Part shown: positions 1-9,611 of the stretch, one piece after another
Layout of the letters: the number at the start of each line of letters is the position of its first letter
Numbering within the stretch: position 1 is the first letter of the stretch
Assembly: GCA_963814375.1 (NCBI GenBank)
Contig: CAWFCQ010000002.1
Location: forward strand, 1 to 64,000
Length of the DNA stretch: 64,000 bases
Direction of reading: 5' to 3'
DNA from: an uncultured Chloroflexia bacterium
GTDB taxonomy: Bacteria > Chloroflexota > Limnocylindria > QHBO01
The notes under the pieces: model-generated
What the model was told of the DNA's origin: nothing
Databases searched by the model: none
What the model saw: the letters and a program-made list of their open reading frames with translations, nothing else
Position numbers and translations under genes: made by a program

Positions 1-408
1 CGGCGCCTCGCCGCACAGGAAGACGGCCGTGAAGCGGGTCGTGTCGCCCTCGACCGGAGCCTCGACCACCATGTCCGCGCTGTTGAAGCCGGCCACGGGG
101 CGGCCTTCGGGGTGGTTCTCGACCTGCACCAGGAATGCGGGTCCCGCCAGGACCGCGGGATCGTCCACCGGCAGGCCGTTGTACGGGCACACCGCCTGCG
201 GCGTCGGGGTCGGGGTCGGGGAGGGTGTCGGCGACGGCGTCGGCGAGGGTGTCGGGGTCGGTGACGGGGTCGGCGACGGCGTCGGCGATGGTGTGGGTGT
301 CGGGGATGGGAAGACGTTGAGGGCCGTGACCCCGGCGCCGATCAGGACGGCGGCGACGACCACGGCGCCCGCGCCGAACAGGGCGGCACGTCGTCGGGGG
401 ATACGCAT
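1..408 (-). CDS. DUF3048/YerB-like membrane-anchored protein, 3'-truncated by window edge
   Basis: Hand translation from ATG 408: MRIPRRRAARLFGAGAVVVAAVLIGAGV (TM), long (PT/PS)n linker, then CPYNGLP...VQVENHPEGRPVAGFNSADMVVEAPVEGDTTRF, typical of DUF3048; not in the supplied ORF track. Confidence 0.75.
   Translation of the reverse strand, partial: MRIPRRRAALFGAGAVVVAAVLIGAGVTALNVFPSPTPTPSPTPSPTPSPTPTPSPTPSPTPSPTPTPTPQAVCPYNGLPVDDPAVLAGPAFLVQVENHPEGRPVAGFNSADMVVEAPVEGDTTRFTAVFLCGEAP
203..307 (-). repeat. Low-complexity coding repeat encoding a PTPSPTP linker
   Basis: Degenerate GTCGGG/GTCGGCGAC units on the + strand; minus frame reads PSPTPTPSPTPSPT... Confidence 0.8.
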
Positions 409-469
409 GAAGGGCGCATCCTAGCGGCGCAGGCTGAACTGCGCCAATCCGCTGCTAGACTCACGCTCC

Positions 470-1648
470 ATGCCGGGCTTCTCCACGCGCGCGATCAGGG
501 CGGCAAGCCGCGTCCCCGACGCGCCGCAGCCACCCGTCAACGTGCCGATCTACGCCACCAGCACCTTCCGCGTCGCCGATGCGACCGAGCTGACGGAGCT
601 GCTCGAGTTCACCCGACCCGGACACTCGTACACGCGCTACTCGAACCCGACCCACGAGGCGCTCGAGCTGGCCCTTGCCGAGCTCGAGGGCGCGGAGGCC
701 GCCCTCTTCACCGGCTCGGGGATGGCGGCGATTCATGGCGTGATGCTGTCGATCCTGCGCAGCGGCGACGAGATCGTGGTGCCGCGGGCCGTGTACGGCG
801 GCACGATCGGCCTGGCGCGGAGCATCCTCGAGCGATCCGGCATCGGCCACCACGCGGTCGACACCACCGACCCGGGCCAGGTCGAGGCCGCGATCGGGCC
901 GAAGACGAGGATCCTGTGGCTCGAGACCATCTCGAACCCCACGACCGCCGTCGCGGATGTGGCTGCCCTGGCGGAACTCGCTCACGATCGCGGCGTCCTG
1001 CTCGTCGTGGACAACACCTTCGCCTCACCGGCACTGGCGACGCCGCTCGCCCTGGGCGCCGACATCGTCGTGCACTCGGTGACGAAGTACATCGGCGGCC
1101 ACTCGGACCTCATGGGCGGCGCCGTCGTCGGGTCCGCCGAGCGCGTGGCGGCTGCGCGCCACACCGTCGTCAACGCCGGCGGCAGCGGGTCGCCGTGGGA
1201 GGCGTTCCTGGCCCTGCGCGGCCTGAAGACGCTCGCGCTGCGGATGGAGCGCCACTCGTCGAACGCCCTCGCCGTCGCGCAGGCGCTCGAAGGCGCCGAG
1301 GGCATTGCCGCGGTCCGCTACCCGGGCCTGCCATCCCACCCGCAGCACGATCTGGCCTCGCGCGTCCTCTGCAACGGCGCGGGCGGGATGGTCTCGGTCG
1401 AGCTGGACGGCGGCCGATCGCACGGCGAGGCGTTCCTGGAGCGCGTCGAGGTCGCCGTCCACGCCACCAGCCTCGGCAGCGTCGAGACGCTCGTCAGCCA
1501 TCCGGCCAGCTCGTCGCACCGCCAGCTAACCGATGAAGAGCTCGCCGCTGCCGGGCTCACCCCGGGCACGCTGCGCCTCTCGGTCGGGCTGGAGGACGCG
1601 GAAGACCTGGTCGCCGATCTCCTCGAGGCCGCACGCCACCGGCCGTGA
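470..1648 (+). CDS. Cys/Met metabolism PLP-dependent enzyme (cystathionine gamma-synthase/lyase or methionine gamma-lyase family)
   Basis: YTRYSNPT, SGMAAI, VVDNTFA, HSVTKYIGGHSD (PLP Lys), SLGSVETL, RLSVGLED. Confidence 0.92.
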   Translation: MPGFSTRAIRAASRVPDAPQPPVNVPIYATSTFRVADATELTELLEFTRPGHSYTRYSNPTHEALELALAELEGAEAALFTGSGMAAIHGVMLSILRSGDEIVVPRAVYGGTIGLARSILERSGIGHHAVDTTDPGQVEAAIGPKTRILWLETISNPTTAVADVAALAELAHDRGVLLVVDNTFASPALATPLALGADIVVHSVTKYIGGHSDLMGGAVVGSAERVAAARHTVVNAGGSGSPWEAFLALRGLKTLALRMERHSSNALAVAQALEGAEGIAAVRYPGLPSHPQHDLASRVLCNGAGGMVSVELDGGRSHGEAFLERVEVAVHATSLGSVETLVSHPASSSHRQLTDEELAAAGLTPGTLRLSVGLEDAEDLVADLLEAARHRP

Positions 1649-2892
1649 GCGCCTCGCCGGCCACCGTCACCGCCTCGCGCCAAACGGCCGACCGCGCCTC
1701 CCGCGCGGCGGAGCGGCTGCTTCGCATCTGTGGCGACGGCCGCGTGGGGCTTGTACTGCTGGTGGCGACCGGCGTCGCCAACGCCGTCGCGGCCCTGCTG
1801 CCCGAGGGCCCGTCGCTGCTCGACGCGCCGTGGTACGCCCTCCTCCTCGGCGTGCTCGCCCTCAGCGGCGTGGCGACCTTTGCGGTGCGAGCGCCGGCGG
1901 CGTGGCGCGAGTGGCGCCGCCCGGGCCGCGTCGTCGCCGGCGCCGGGGCGCTTGAGGCGACCATGGATGCGGTCGGTCCTGAGCGGGCAGCTCACGTGCT
2001 GAGCGACTCCGGCTACCGCGTGAGGATCGAGCGCAGCCGTGGAGGCTGGGCGGTTCATGGCGTGCGACGCGGTCCGTCGCGCTTCGCCGGCATCGCCAGC
2101 CACCTGGCCATCGTGGTCCTCGTGCTCGGCGCGGCGATCGGAGCCGCCTTCGGCTCCGAGGCGGTCTTCTCGCTGCTGCCCGGTGACCAGGCGCTGCTCG
2201 ACACGCCCCGCCCCGGGTTCTCCTCCGCGGTCCGGCTCGACGCCTTCACGGCCGAGTTCGGCACCGATCGGCGTCCGCGACGCCTCGACACGTCGGTGAG
2301 CTTCGTCCGAGACGGCGTCGTGTCCGAGTCGGCGGTCGTCGGGGTCAACTCGCCGGGCGACTTCGACGGGTACCTGGTGCATCCGTGGACATACGGGCCG
2401 GCCGCCCACCTGCGGGTGACGACGCTCGGCGGGACCAGCCTCCTCGACGCGGCCATCCCGCTCGACCAGGAGCGCGATGGTGTGCCCGCCGGCTCGAGCG
2501 AGCTGCCCAGCGTCGGGCTCACCCTCGGCCTGGCCCTCACCGACGCGGCCTCGAACGAGCTCGGCGTCAGCGCGGTTGACGCCTCGGGGCTGGTCGACAG
2601 TGCGAGGCTGCGGCCCGGTGACGAGCAGCGGATCGGGGATCTCCTGGTCTCGCTGGACGGCTTCGAGGCCTGGGTCACCTTCCTCTCCCGTCGCGACCCG
2701 GGGCTGCCGGTGATGCTGGCCGGCGGGATCCTGCTCTCAGCCTGCCTCGTCGTCGCGTTCTGGCTGCCCCGGCGACGGCTGACGCTCCGGTCGCGGGCCG
2801 GAGGCATGCACCTCGTCCTCCGAGGCGAGCGCTTCGACCGCCCGACCGACGAGCTGGAGCGCCTCGTGGCGGCGCTCTCGGTACCCGGATGA
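1645..2892 (+). CDS. ResB/Ccs1-like cytochrome c biogenesis protein
   Basis: N-terminal TM pair, conserved His in SHLAIVVLVLGAAIG, large beta-rich periplasmic part (VNSPGDFDGYLVH), C-terminal RDPG+TM+PRRR; GTGA overlap with the upstream gene. Confidence 0.7.
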   Translation: MSASPATVTASRQTADRASRAAERLLRICGDGRVGLVLLVATGVANAVAALLPEGPSLLDAPWYALLLGVLALSGVATFAVRAPAAWREWRRPGRVVAGAGALEATMDAVGPERAAHVLSDSGYRVRIERSRGGWAVHGVRRGPSRFAGIASHLAIVVLVLGAAIGAAFGSEAVFSLLPGDQALLDTPRPGFSSAVRLDAFTAEFGTDRRPRRLDTSVSFVRDGVVSESAVVGVNSPGDFDGYLVHPWTYGPAAHLRVTTLGGTSLLDAAIPLDQERDGVPAGSSELPSVGLTLGLALTDAASNELGVSAVDASGLVDSARLRPGDEQRIGDLLVSLDGFEAWVTFLSRRDPGLPVMLAGGILLSACLVVAFWLPRRRLTLRSRAGGMHLVLRGERFDRPTDELERLVAALSVPG

Positions 2893-3887
2893 CGAGCGTC
2901 CTCGACCTCTGGCGCGCGGTGGACCCGGATGCGCGCCTCGCGTCCGGCGCCGTCGAGCGGCTCAGCCGGCCGGTGCGGGGGGTCGCGCGCACGCGAGCGG
3001 CACCACCGCACCTCCCAGAGGTCCGCCCGGGCGAGCTCCTCTACGCCGACCAGTCCGTGCTCGCCGGGGGAAGGCTCGACGATCTCGTTGCCGCGCTGCG
3101 CGGGGCGGAGCTCGATCCGGCCGCCATCTGGGTGATCGGGGATCGACCGGGCGATCTGGAACCGTCGCACGACGAGCTGCCGGTGATCGGCGGGGACGGG
3201 CCGCTCGCCGCTCGGATGGAAGCGGCCGGCGGCTACCTCGAAGCCGAGCATGAGCAGCTGACCGTCCTCGGGGCGGAGCTGCGGCTGGCCGGTGCGGAGG
3301 CCGCGCTCTCCGATCCGCGGCCGTCTGCGCCCGCGGGGGTGGTCGCCGCCCGGCTCGGACGCGGAGTGGCCGTGACCGTGGATGGGGCGCTCGCATCGCT
3401 CAACCCGCGCGGGGCGGGGCGGGCGCTCGCGAGCCGGTTCGCCGCGGCGCACACGCGTCTCCTCCACGACGGCGGAGCGACGGGCGTGGCGCGGCGCACA
3501 CGTGACGGGCTGTGGCTTCTCGATCGGCCGGTCACGCCGTCGGCCTCGGCGTGGCTCTTCGACGACCTCCCTTTCGCCCGCGTCGACGAGGCGGGGCTGG
3601 ACGCGCTGGCGGTGACGCTCCGTGCCCTCCTCCGCCGCGGGCAGGCCGAGCCGGCGCGCGCCAGGCGCGAGCCGCGCATGCCACCCTCGACCGGCGACCC
3701 GTTACGCGACACGCTCCTCGCCGTCGCGCGCGCCAATGGCCGGATCGCCCCCGCCGCCCGCAGCCTCGGCGTGCACCGAAACACCGTGCTCTACCGCCTG
3801 CACCGCGCCTCGGCCGAGCTCGGCATCGACCCGCGCCGCCCGGAGGACGCGCTCCTTCTCCTGCGCGAGGCGTCCACCGAGGATTGA
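2889..3887 (+). CDS. PucR/CdaR-family transcriptional regulator
   Basis: PucR-like N-terminus (LSRPVRGV...PGELL) and C-terminal HTH AARSLGVHRNTVLYRL; ATGA overlap with resB-like gene. Confidence 0.85.
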   Translation: MTSVLDLWRAVDPDARLASGAVERLSRPVRGVARTRAAPPHLPEVRPGELLYADQSVLAGGRLDDLVAALRGAELDPAAIWVIGDRPGDLEPSHDELPVIGGDGPLAARMEAAGGYLEAEHEQLTVLGAELRLAGAEAALSDPRPSAPAGVVAARLGRGVAVTVDGALASLNPRGAGRALASRFAAAHTRLLHDGGATGVARRTRDGLWLLDRPVTPSASAWLFDDLPFARVDEAGLDALAVTLRALLRRGQAEPARARREPRMPPSTGDPLRDTLLAVARANGRIAPAARSLGVHRNTVLYRLHRASAELGIDPRRPEDALLLLREASTED

Positions 3888-3895
3888 CGCGCTCC

Positions 3896-3912
3896 TTGTG
3901 CGGAATGCACAA
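3896..3912. promoter_or_regulatory. Palindromic operator TTGTGC-N5-GCACAA (PucR-family type) upstream of glnA
   Basis: Perfect 6-5-6 inverted repeat 8 nt after the PucR-family stop; resembles the TTGTGG-N5-CCACAA boxes of Bacillus PutR-type activators. Confidence 0.7.
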
Positions 3913-4008
3913 GCGAACGGGAGCCGCGACGGCCCCCCACCGGCCACGCCAGGGCCCCGGGCGGTTAGGGTGTGATCCCATCCAATCGGCCCTTCCCGGA
4001 GGACTCCC

Positions 4009-5376
4009 GTGGCCAACACCAAACTTCCCGCTGCCATGAAGCTGGCGGAGACTCGCAACCTGCGCTTCGTCAGCCTCCAGTTCACCGACATCGTCGGCCA
4101 GGTCAAGTCGGTCCAGGTGCCGATGCACCAGCTGGAGGAGGCGGTCGAGCACGGCAAATGGTTCGACGGCTCGAGCATCGAGGGCTTTGCGCGCATCGCG
4201 GAGTCGGACATGTTCCTCGTGCCGGACCTCGACACCTTCAGCCCGATCCCGTGGGAGCCCGGCATCGGCCTCGACGGCAAGGAGAAGCTCCACACCGGTT
4301 CCGCCCGCGTCATCTGCGACGTCTTCACGCCGAACGGCGACCCGTTCCCCGGTGACCCGCGTGGCGTCCTCAAGCGCCAGCTCGAGCGTGCCCGCAAGCT
4401 CGGCTACGTGCTGAACACGGGGCCCGAGCTCGAGTTCTTTCTCCTGCGCCGATCAGACTCGGGGATCTCGACGCTCCCGCACGACGCGGCCGGCTACTTC
4501 GACCTCTCCGAGGACCTCGGCACCGAGGTCCGCAAGGAGATGATGAACGCGCTCGAGGAATTCGGGATCAGGGTCGAGACGGCGCATCACGAGGTCGCCA
4601 CCGGCCAGCACGAGATCGACTTCGAGTACGCCGATGCGCTGCGCACCGCCGACAACGCGGTGACCTTCAAGACCACCCTCAAGGCGGTGGCGGCGTCGAA
4701 GGGCCTGTACGCGACCTTCATGCCGAAGCCGTTCTTCGGCATCAACGGCTCAGGCATGCACACCCATCAGTCGCTGTGGGACGTCAAGAAGAGCCGCAAC
4801 GCCTTCAGCGATCCGAAGGACGCCTACGGCCTCTCGGAGACCGCCCGCAGCTACATCGCCGGCACGCTCGAGCACGCGCGCGGCATGATCGCCGTCCTCG
4901 CACCCCTGGTGAACTCGTACAAGCGGCTCGTGCCCGGCTACGAGGCACCGGTCTACATCGGCTGGGCGCGGATCAACCGCTCGGCGCTCATCCGCATCCC
5001 CCAGATCAGCAAGGGCTCCGACAACTCGACCCGGATCGAGCTGCGCTGTCCGGACCCGTCGTCGAACCCGTACCTGGCCTTCGCCGCCATGCTGGCAGCC
5101 GGCCTCGATGGGATCGACCGCAAGCTGACCCCGCCGGACCCGGTCGAGGAGAACCTCTATCACCTCGACGCGGCGAAGCTCGAGTCACGCAAGATCCGGC
5201 AGCTGCCGGGCACGCTACGCGAGGCGCTCGACGAGCTCTCACGTGACGAGGTCATCCGTGATGCGCTCGGCGACCACGTCCTCGAGCGGTTCATCGAGGC
5301 CAAGACCGAGGAGTGGGACGAGTACCGAATGCAGGTCAGCGGCTGGGAGGTCGAGCGCTACCTCGAGGCTTTCTAG
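4009..5376 (+). CDS. glnA: Glutamine synthetase type I
   Basis: FDGSSIEGF, GPELEFF, HHEVATGQHEIDF, TFMPKPFFGINGSGMHTHQSL, NSYKRLVPGYEAP, RIELRCPD; GGAGG RBS before GTG. Confidence 0.97.
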   Translation: MANTKLPAAMKLAETRNLRFVSLQFTDIVGQVKSVQVPMHQLEEAVEHGKWFDGSSIEGFARIAESDMFLVPDLDTFSPIPWEPGIGLDGKEKLHTGSARVICDVFTPNGDPFPGDPRGVLKRQLERARKLGYVLNTGPELEFFLLRRSDSGISTLPHDAAGYFDLSEDLGTEVRKEMMNALEEFGIRVETAHHEVATGQHEIDFEYADALRTADNAVTFKTTLKAVAASKGLYATFMPKPFFGINGSGMHTHQSLWDVKKSRNAFSDPKDAYGLSETARSYIAGTLEHARGMIAVLAPLVNSYKRLVPGYEAPVYIGWARINRSALIRIPQISKGSDNSTRIELRCPDPSSNPYLAFAAMLAAGLDGIDRKLTPPDPVEENLYHLDAAKLESRKIRQLPGTLREALDELSRDEVIRDALGDHVLERFIEAKTEEWDEYRMQVSGWEVERYLEAF

Positions 5377-5439
5377 GCATCCGCGCCGGCCGCGACCTGG
5401 CTGAGGGCCGTACGTCGGCCTCCTGCTAGGATGCGGCGA

Positions 5440-6895
5440 ATGACCGCCGATCCCACGGGCGATGCCGTCGTGGGATCCGCACGCAATCGTGCGGCGGAGA
5501 TCGTCGCGGACCTTCGCGTGGCCGCCGGTGGGCGGATCGAGGTTGGCGGGGTGGACCTCGGACCAGCGCTCGAGCAGCAGATCTACTTCGCGCTGCGCGA
5601 TCGTCGCATTGCGGCGCGTGGCGTGCGCGCGGTGCTGGGACGGGAGCTGGTCGGCGCCGCGGCGCTCGTCGCATCGCTTCGTCCGATCGGACGCCCGAGG
5701 CTCGATCGCGGCGGGATTCTCGTGATCATGCGCGGAGTCGTGCACGCCCGCGCGTTCGCGCCGGTCGCCGCGGAGATCGATCGGCGTGGTGGTCCGCCGG
5801 CAACGATCGTTCGGGTCGGCCAGGCTGCGGCCTCGCGCGACCCGGCCGTACGATCGACGCCGCGCATCGTCGACCTTCTGCGCCCGCGTCGCGCGGCTGC
5901 AGCGTTCGGCCGCCGCGGGCTAGCACGTCACCTGGCGCGACGCGCGGCGCTCGACGATCCGGGCATCGGCGACGTCGTGCGGGAGCAGCTCCCGCGCCTG
6001 GCGGTGGCCGCCGCCGGCATTCGCTCGGCGACGGCGGCGGCGTCGCCGCAGCTGCTCGTCACCTACGACGAGGCGGGAAGCTGGGGCCGGCTGGTCGTTG
6101 CGGAGGGGGAGCGACTCGGCGTGCCCGTGCTCGACCTGCCGCACGCGGAGCTCGTCAACCCCGAGATCCTGGTCGGCGCCGGATTCGACCGCATCGCCGT
6201 GTACGGGTCGGCTTCCCTGGAGCTCGCCGCGGCCGCGGGGGTCGCGCGCGATCGAGTTCGGGTCGTCGGGTCGGTTCGCCACGACCTGCTCGAGGCGCGG
6301 GCGCGCCACGACGCGCGCGTCACGCGCGTCGGGGCCGTTCCGGTTGGCCTTCGCGGCCCAGTACCCGACCGCCCGACTCACCGATGCCGCTTTGGCGGCC
6401 GGGCTTGACGCGACGGTTCAGGCGGCCGCGAGACTGGGCCCCGCGCTGGTCCGCATCGCTCCGCACCCGGCCGGTCCTGTCGGGCTCGTCGAGCGGTGGC
6501 TACGAATGATCGACGTCCCCGAAGGGGTCGCGATCGAGGTGACCGATGTTGGCGGGCTGACCGATGCGCTCGTCGACTCCGATCTGCTCGTGACCGTGGC
6601 CTCCCAGAGCGTCCTCGAGGCGGCCGTGGTCGGCATCCCGGCGGTGGCGATCCAACCACCGGGCGCGACCTACGTGTTCCCGTATGCGCGGGAGGGGATC
6701 GCGGCGGTGGCGCACGATCGGGACGAGCTGGCGCAGATCTTCACCGAGCGGCTCTCGCCGGCCGGTGGCGCAGCCGCGGTCGAACGCGCGCGCGAGGCCG
6801 TCGGCCACCATCTCGGGCCGATGGATGGGCGGGCCGCCGAACGCTCGGCCGATCTCATCGGCGAGCTCCTGGGGCGCGATCTAGTGGCATACTGA
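5440..6895 (+). CDS. GT-B-like glycosyltransferase/surface-polysaccharide protein, frameshifted near 6300-6330
   Basis: ORFs 5431-6408 and 6098-6895 join into one ~480-aa protein: VPVLDLPH, AVYG, VVGSVRHD / PHP, SDLLVTVASQSVLEAAVVGIP, DGRAAER. Confidence 0.6.
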
Positions 6896-6909
6896 CGCCC
6901 GTTTCCGAG

Positions 6910-7923
6910 GTGCCTGGAGGTCGATCCCTGCCTGCATTCGTGGCCGTCACCGGAGCCGAGGGCTTCATCGGCTCCCACCTGGTGGAGACGCTCGTCGCGT
7001 CCGGCACCCGCGTCCGAGCGATGGTCCAGTACAACTCCTTCGGGTACCGGGGCTGGCTCGAGTCGCTCTCGGACGAGACGCAGGCATCGGTCGAGGTCGT
7101 ACTCGGCGATGTGCGCGATCCCGGATCGGTCCTGGATTTCATGCGCGACGCTGAGGTCGTGTACCACCTCGCCGCGCTCATCGCCATCCCGTACAGCTAC
7201 CTTGCCCCGCGGTCCTACCTCGAGACCAATGCCGGCGGTACCCTGAATGTCCTGGAGGCGGCCCGAACGCTCGAGACGCCGCGAGTGGTGCACACCTCGA
7301 CCAGCGAGGTCTACGGCACGGCACGCCGGGTCCCCATCGACGAGGACCATCCGCTCCAGGGCCAGTCGCCCTACTCGGCATCCAAGATCGCCGCCGACAA
7401 GTTCGCCGAGAGCTACCACCTCAGCTTCCAACTGCCGGTGGTCACCCTCCGCCCGTTCAACACCTTCGGCCCGCGCCAGTCGGCTCGCGCGGTCATCCCG
7501 ACCATCATCAGCCAGCTGGCAGCCGGCGAGTCGGAGGTTCACCTCGGGCTGCTGACGCCGACCCGCGATTTCACCTTCGTGCGGGACACCGCCTCAGCGT
7601 TCGTCGCGGTCGGTACCGCCCCGGCCGAGCAGGTCGAGGGCCGCGTCCTCAATGCGGGGACCGGCCGCGAGATCGCGATCGGCGACCTGGCGCGAACGAT
7701 CGGGGCGATCATGGAGCGGCCGATCCATCCGGTCGAGGACGAGCGCCGCCTGCGACCGGACGCCTCCGAGGTCATGCGACTCGTGTCCGACCCGTCGGCG
7801 CTGCGGGAGGCTACCGGGTGGACGGCCGCGCACAGCCTCGAGGACGGCCTGCGCGAGACCGTCGCCTGGTTCGCCGATCCGGAGAACCTGGCGCGATACC
7901 GCTGGCAGGACTACAACGTCTGA
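6910..7923 (+). CDS. legB: NAD-dependent sugar-nucleotide 4,6-dehydratase (LegB-like)
   Basis: VTGAEGFIGSHL, HLAALIAIPYSY, TSTSEVYG, QGQSPYSASK, RPFNTFGPRQSARAVIP; start placed at GTG 6910. Confidence 0.85.
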   Translation: MPGGRSLPAFVAVTGAEGFIGSHLVETLVASGTRVRAMVQYNSFGYRGWLESLSDETQASVEVVLGDVRDPGSVLDFMRDAEVVYHLAALIAIPYSYLAPRSYLETNAGGTLNVLEAARTLETPRVVHTSTSEVYGTARRVPIDEDHPLQGQSPYSASKIAADKFAESYHLSFQLPVVTLRPFNTFGPRQSARAVIPTIISQLAAGESEVHLGLLTPTRDFTFVRDTASAFVAVGTAPAEQVEGRVLNAGTGREIAIGDLARTIGAIMERPIHPVEDERRLRPDASEVMRLVSDPSALREATGWTAAHSLEDGLRETVAWFADPENLARYRWQDYNV

Positions 7924-9509
7924 GCTGAGAGCGCGTCTCCCACCGGAGCGTTCGCGGCCGCGGCCCTGCGCCGCCGCTCGACAACCACCAGCGCTGACCC
8001 GACGCCGAGGAAGAACCAGGCGGTGAACGACGAGGTGTTGCCCTCCAGCAGCATCTCGGTCAGCGAGTCGACGGCGAGAATCATCGCGGCCGCGCCTGAC
8101 CCCGCCAGCAGGACGCGAGTCATTGGCGGCGACCCTCGCGCCACCCAGATGCATTGCACGATCGCGAAGGCGAGCACCGCCGCGTAGAGGATCGCGCCGA
8201 TCAGCCCGAATTCCACGATCAGGTGGAGCCAGAAGTTGTCCACGGTCCGGCCCTCCGGAACGACGCCGTCCGTGTATCGCTCGTAGAGCGGTGACGTCGG
8301 GAAGCGCGCGGAGACCGCACCGCCATATCGTCCCGGCCCGGCGCCGACCAGCGGATGGTCACCAATGATCGGTACGGCATTCTGGATGAACATGAAGCGG
8401 AGGTCGCGCCCCTCGCCGATGGCATCGACGCGGCCGAATGTGGCGTCGCCGAGATCCAGGGTGATCTCAGGAGGCGGCTCGCCGCTGCCCGTGAAGACGC
8501 CGATGAGCAGGTTGCGCGGCATGACGAGGGCGGCTCCATAGGCAAGGACGCCTGCCGCCATAACGAGTGCGAGGGCGCGCCAGTCAATGATGAGCCCGAC
8601 GACGATCATGCTCAGCCCAAGCCCCAGCCAGGCACCGCGCGAGAAGGTGTAGAAGAGGGCGAGGGCCATGATCACCACGAGCAGCATCGCCGCCCACCGC
8701 GCCCTGCCGCGGAGGTAGCGCGCCGCGAAGGCGGGGAAGGGGACGGCCATGGCGATCACTGCCGCGAGCATGTTCGGGTTGCCGTCGAAGAAGGCCGCGA
8801 CCCGGTTGCCCTCGGAGAACCGGCCGTGTGAAACCTCCATCCCAAAGATCGACGGCGCCAGCGTGATCTGCGCGATTGCCAGGAGAGCGGCGACTCCCGC
8901 CAGCGCGACGAAGGCACCGGCGGCAAGCGCGGCCTGGCGCGGCTCGTAGCCCACGAAGCGGGGGAGGAAGTACAACGCCATGGCGTCGATGGTGAAGAGG
9001 ATCCCGGCTGCCGCGATCACCGGTGGCACCCCGTTGACGACGGCGCTCACCACGGCGATCGCGATGAATCCGGCGATCAGCGGAGTCGCGGGGTGGCGGA
9101 GGGCTGGGAGGAGGTGACCCTCGCGCCACGCCCGCACGGTGATGACCACGGCGACGAGCAAAAGGAGAAACTCGCTGAAGAAGTTCGTCAGGGGAGCGAG
9201 CGCGGGCGGGATCAGCAGGCTGATGAGGTAGCGATCGAAGATTGGCATGAGCGCCATCGCGAGCAGGATCAGGCGAGGCGCCCGCCAGCTGACCAGGGCC
9301 AGGGCGACGAGAAGCGCGATGCCGATGACGATGAACACGACGGTGGAGAACCGCGCCGCGACGATGCCGAGGATCAGCAGGCCGGCCATTGCGAGCAGGA
9401 TCCTGAGGGTGTCCCGCGAGATCGCCAGGCCGCCGAACTCCGCGAAAAGCTGGCCCCCGCTCGGTCCGCGCGCGTCGCCGGCGTGTCGCGACGGTGCCGT
9501 CATCGGCAC
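7911..9509 (-). CDS. O-antigen ligase (Wzy_C/WaaL-like) family membrane protein
   Basis: About 12 TM segments; NPNMLA, TFSRGAWLG, HPLVGAGPG, VDNFWLHLIVEFGLIG motifs. Confidence 0.85.
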   Translation of the reverse strand: MPMTAPSRHAGDARGPSGGQLFAEFGGLAISRDTLRILLAMAGLLILGIVAARFSTVVFIVIGIALLVALALVSWRAPRLILLAMALMPIFDRYLISLLIPPALAPLTNFFSEFLLLLVAVVITVRAWREGHLLPALRHPATPLIAGFIAIAVVSAVVNGVPPVIAAAGILFTIDAMALYFLPRFVGYEPRQAALAAGAFVALAGVAALLAIAQITLAPSIFGMEVSHGRFSEGNRVAAFFDGNPNMLAAVIAMAVPFPAFAARYLRGRARWAAMLLVVIMALALFYTFSRGAWLGLGLSMIVVGLIIDWRALALVMAAGVLAYGAALVMPRNLLIGVFTGSGEPPPEITLDLGDATFGRVDAIGEGRDLRFMFIQNAVPIIGDHPLVGAGPGRYGGAVSARFPTSPLYERYTDGVVPEGRTVDNFWLHLIVEFGLIGAILYAAVLAFAIVQCIWVARGSPPMTRVLLAGSGAAAMILAVDSLTEMLLEGNTSSFTAWFFLGVGSALVVVERRRRAAAANAPVGDALSAQTL

Positions 9510-9611
9510 ACCTCCGGGCCGAGGGCAGGCATGCCGCCCACGCGAGGGTCGCTGATGGTCAACACGGTCGGAATTATAGGCTTGGACCGCCGTTGGCCGA
9601 GGGTCGGCGAG

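Noticed and set aside
29-424. + strand ORF with GVGDGV repeats
   Set aside because: It is the antisense shadow of the PTPS linker in the minus-strand DUF3048-like gene.
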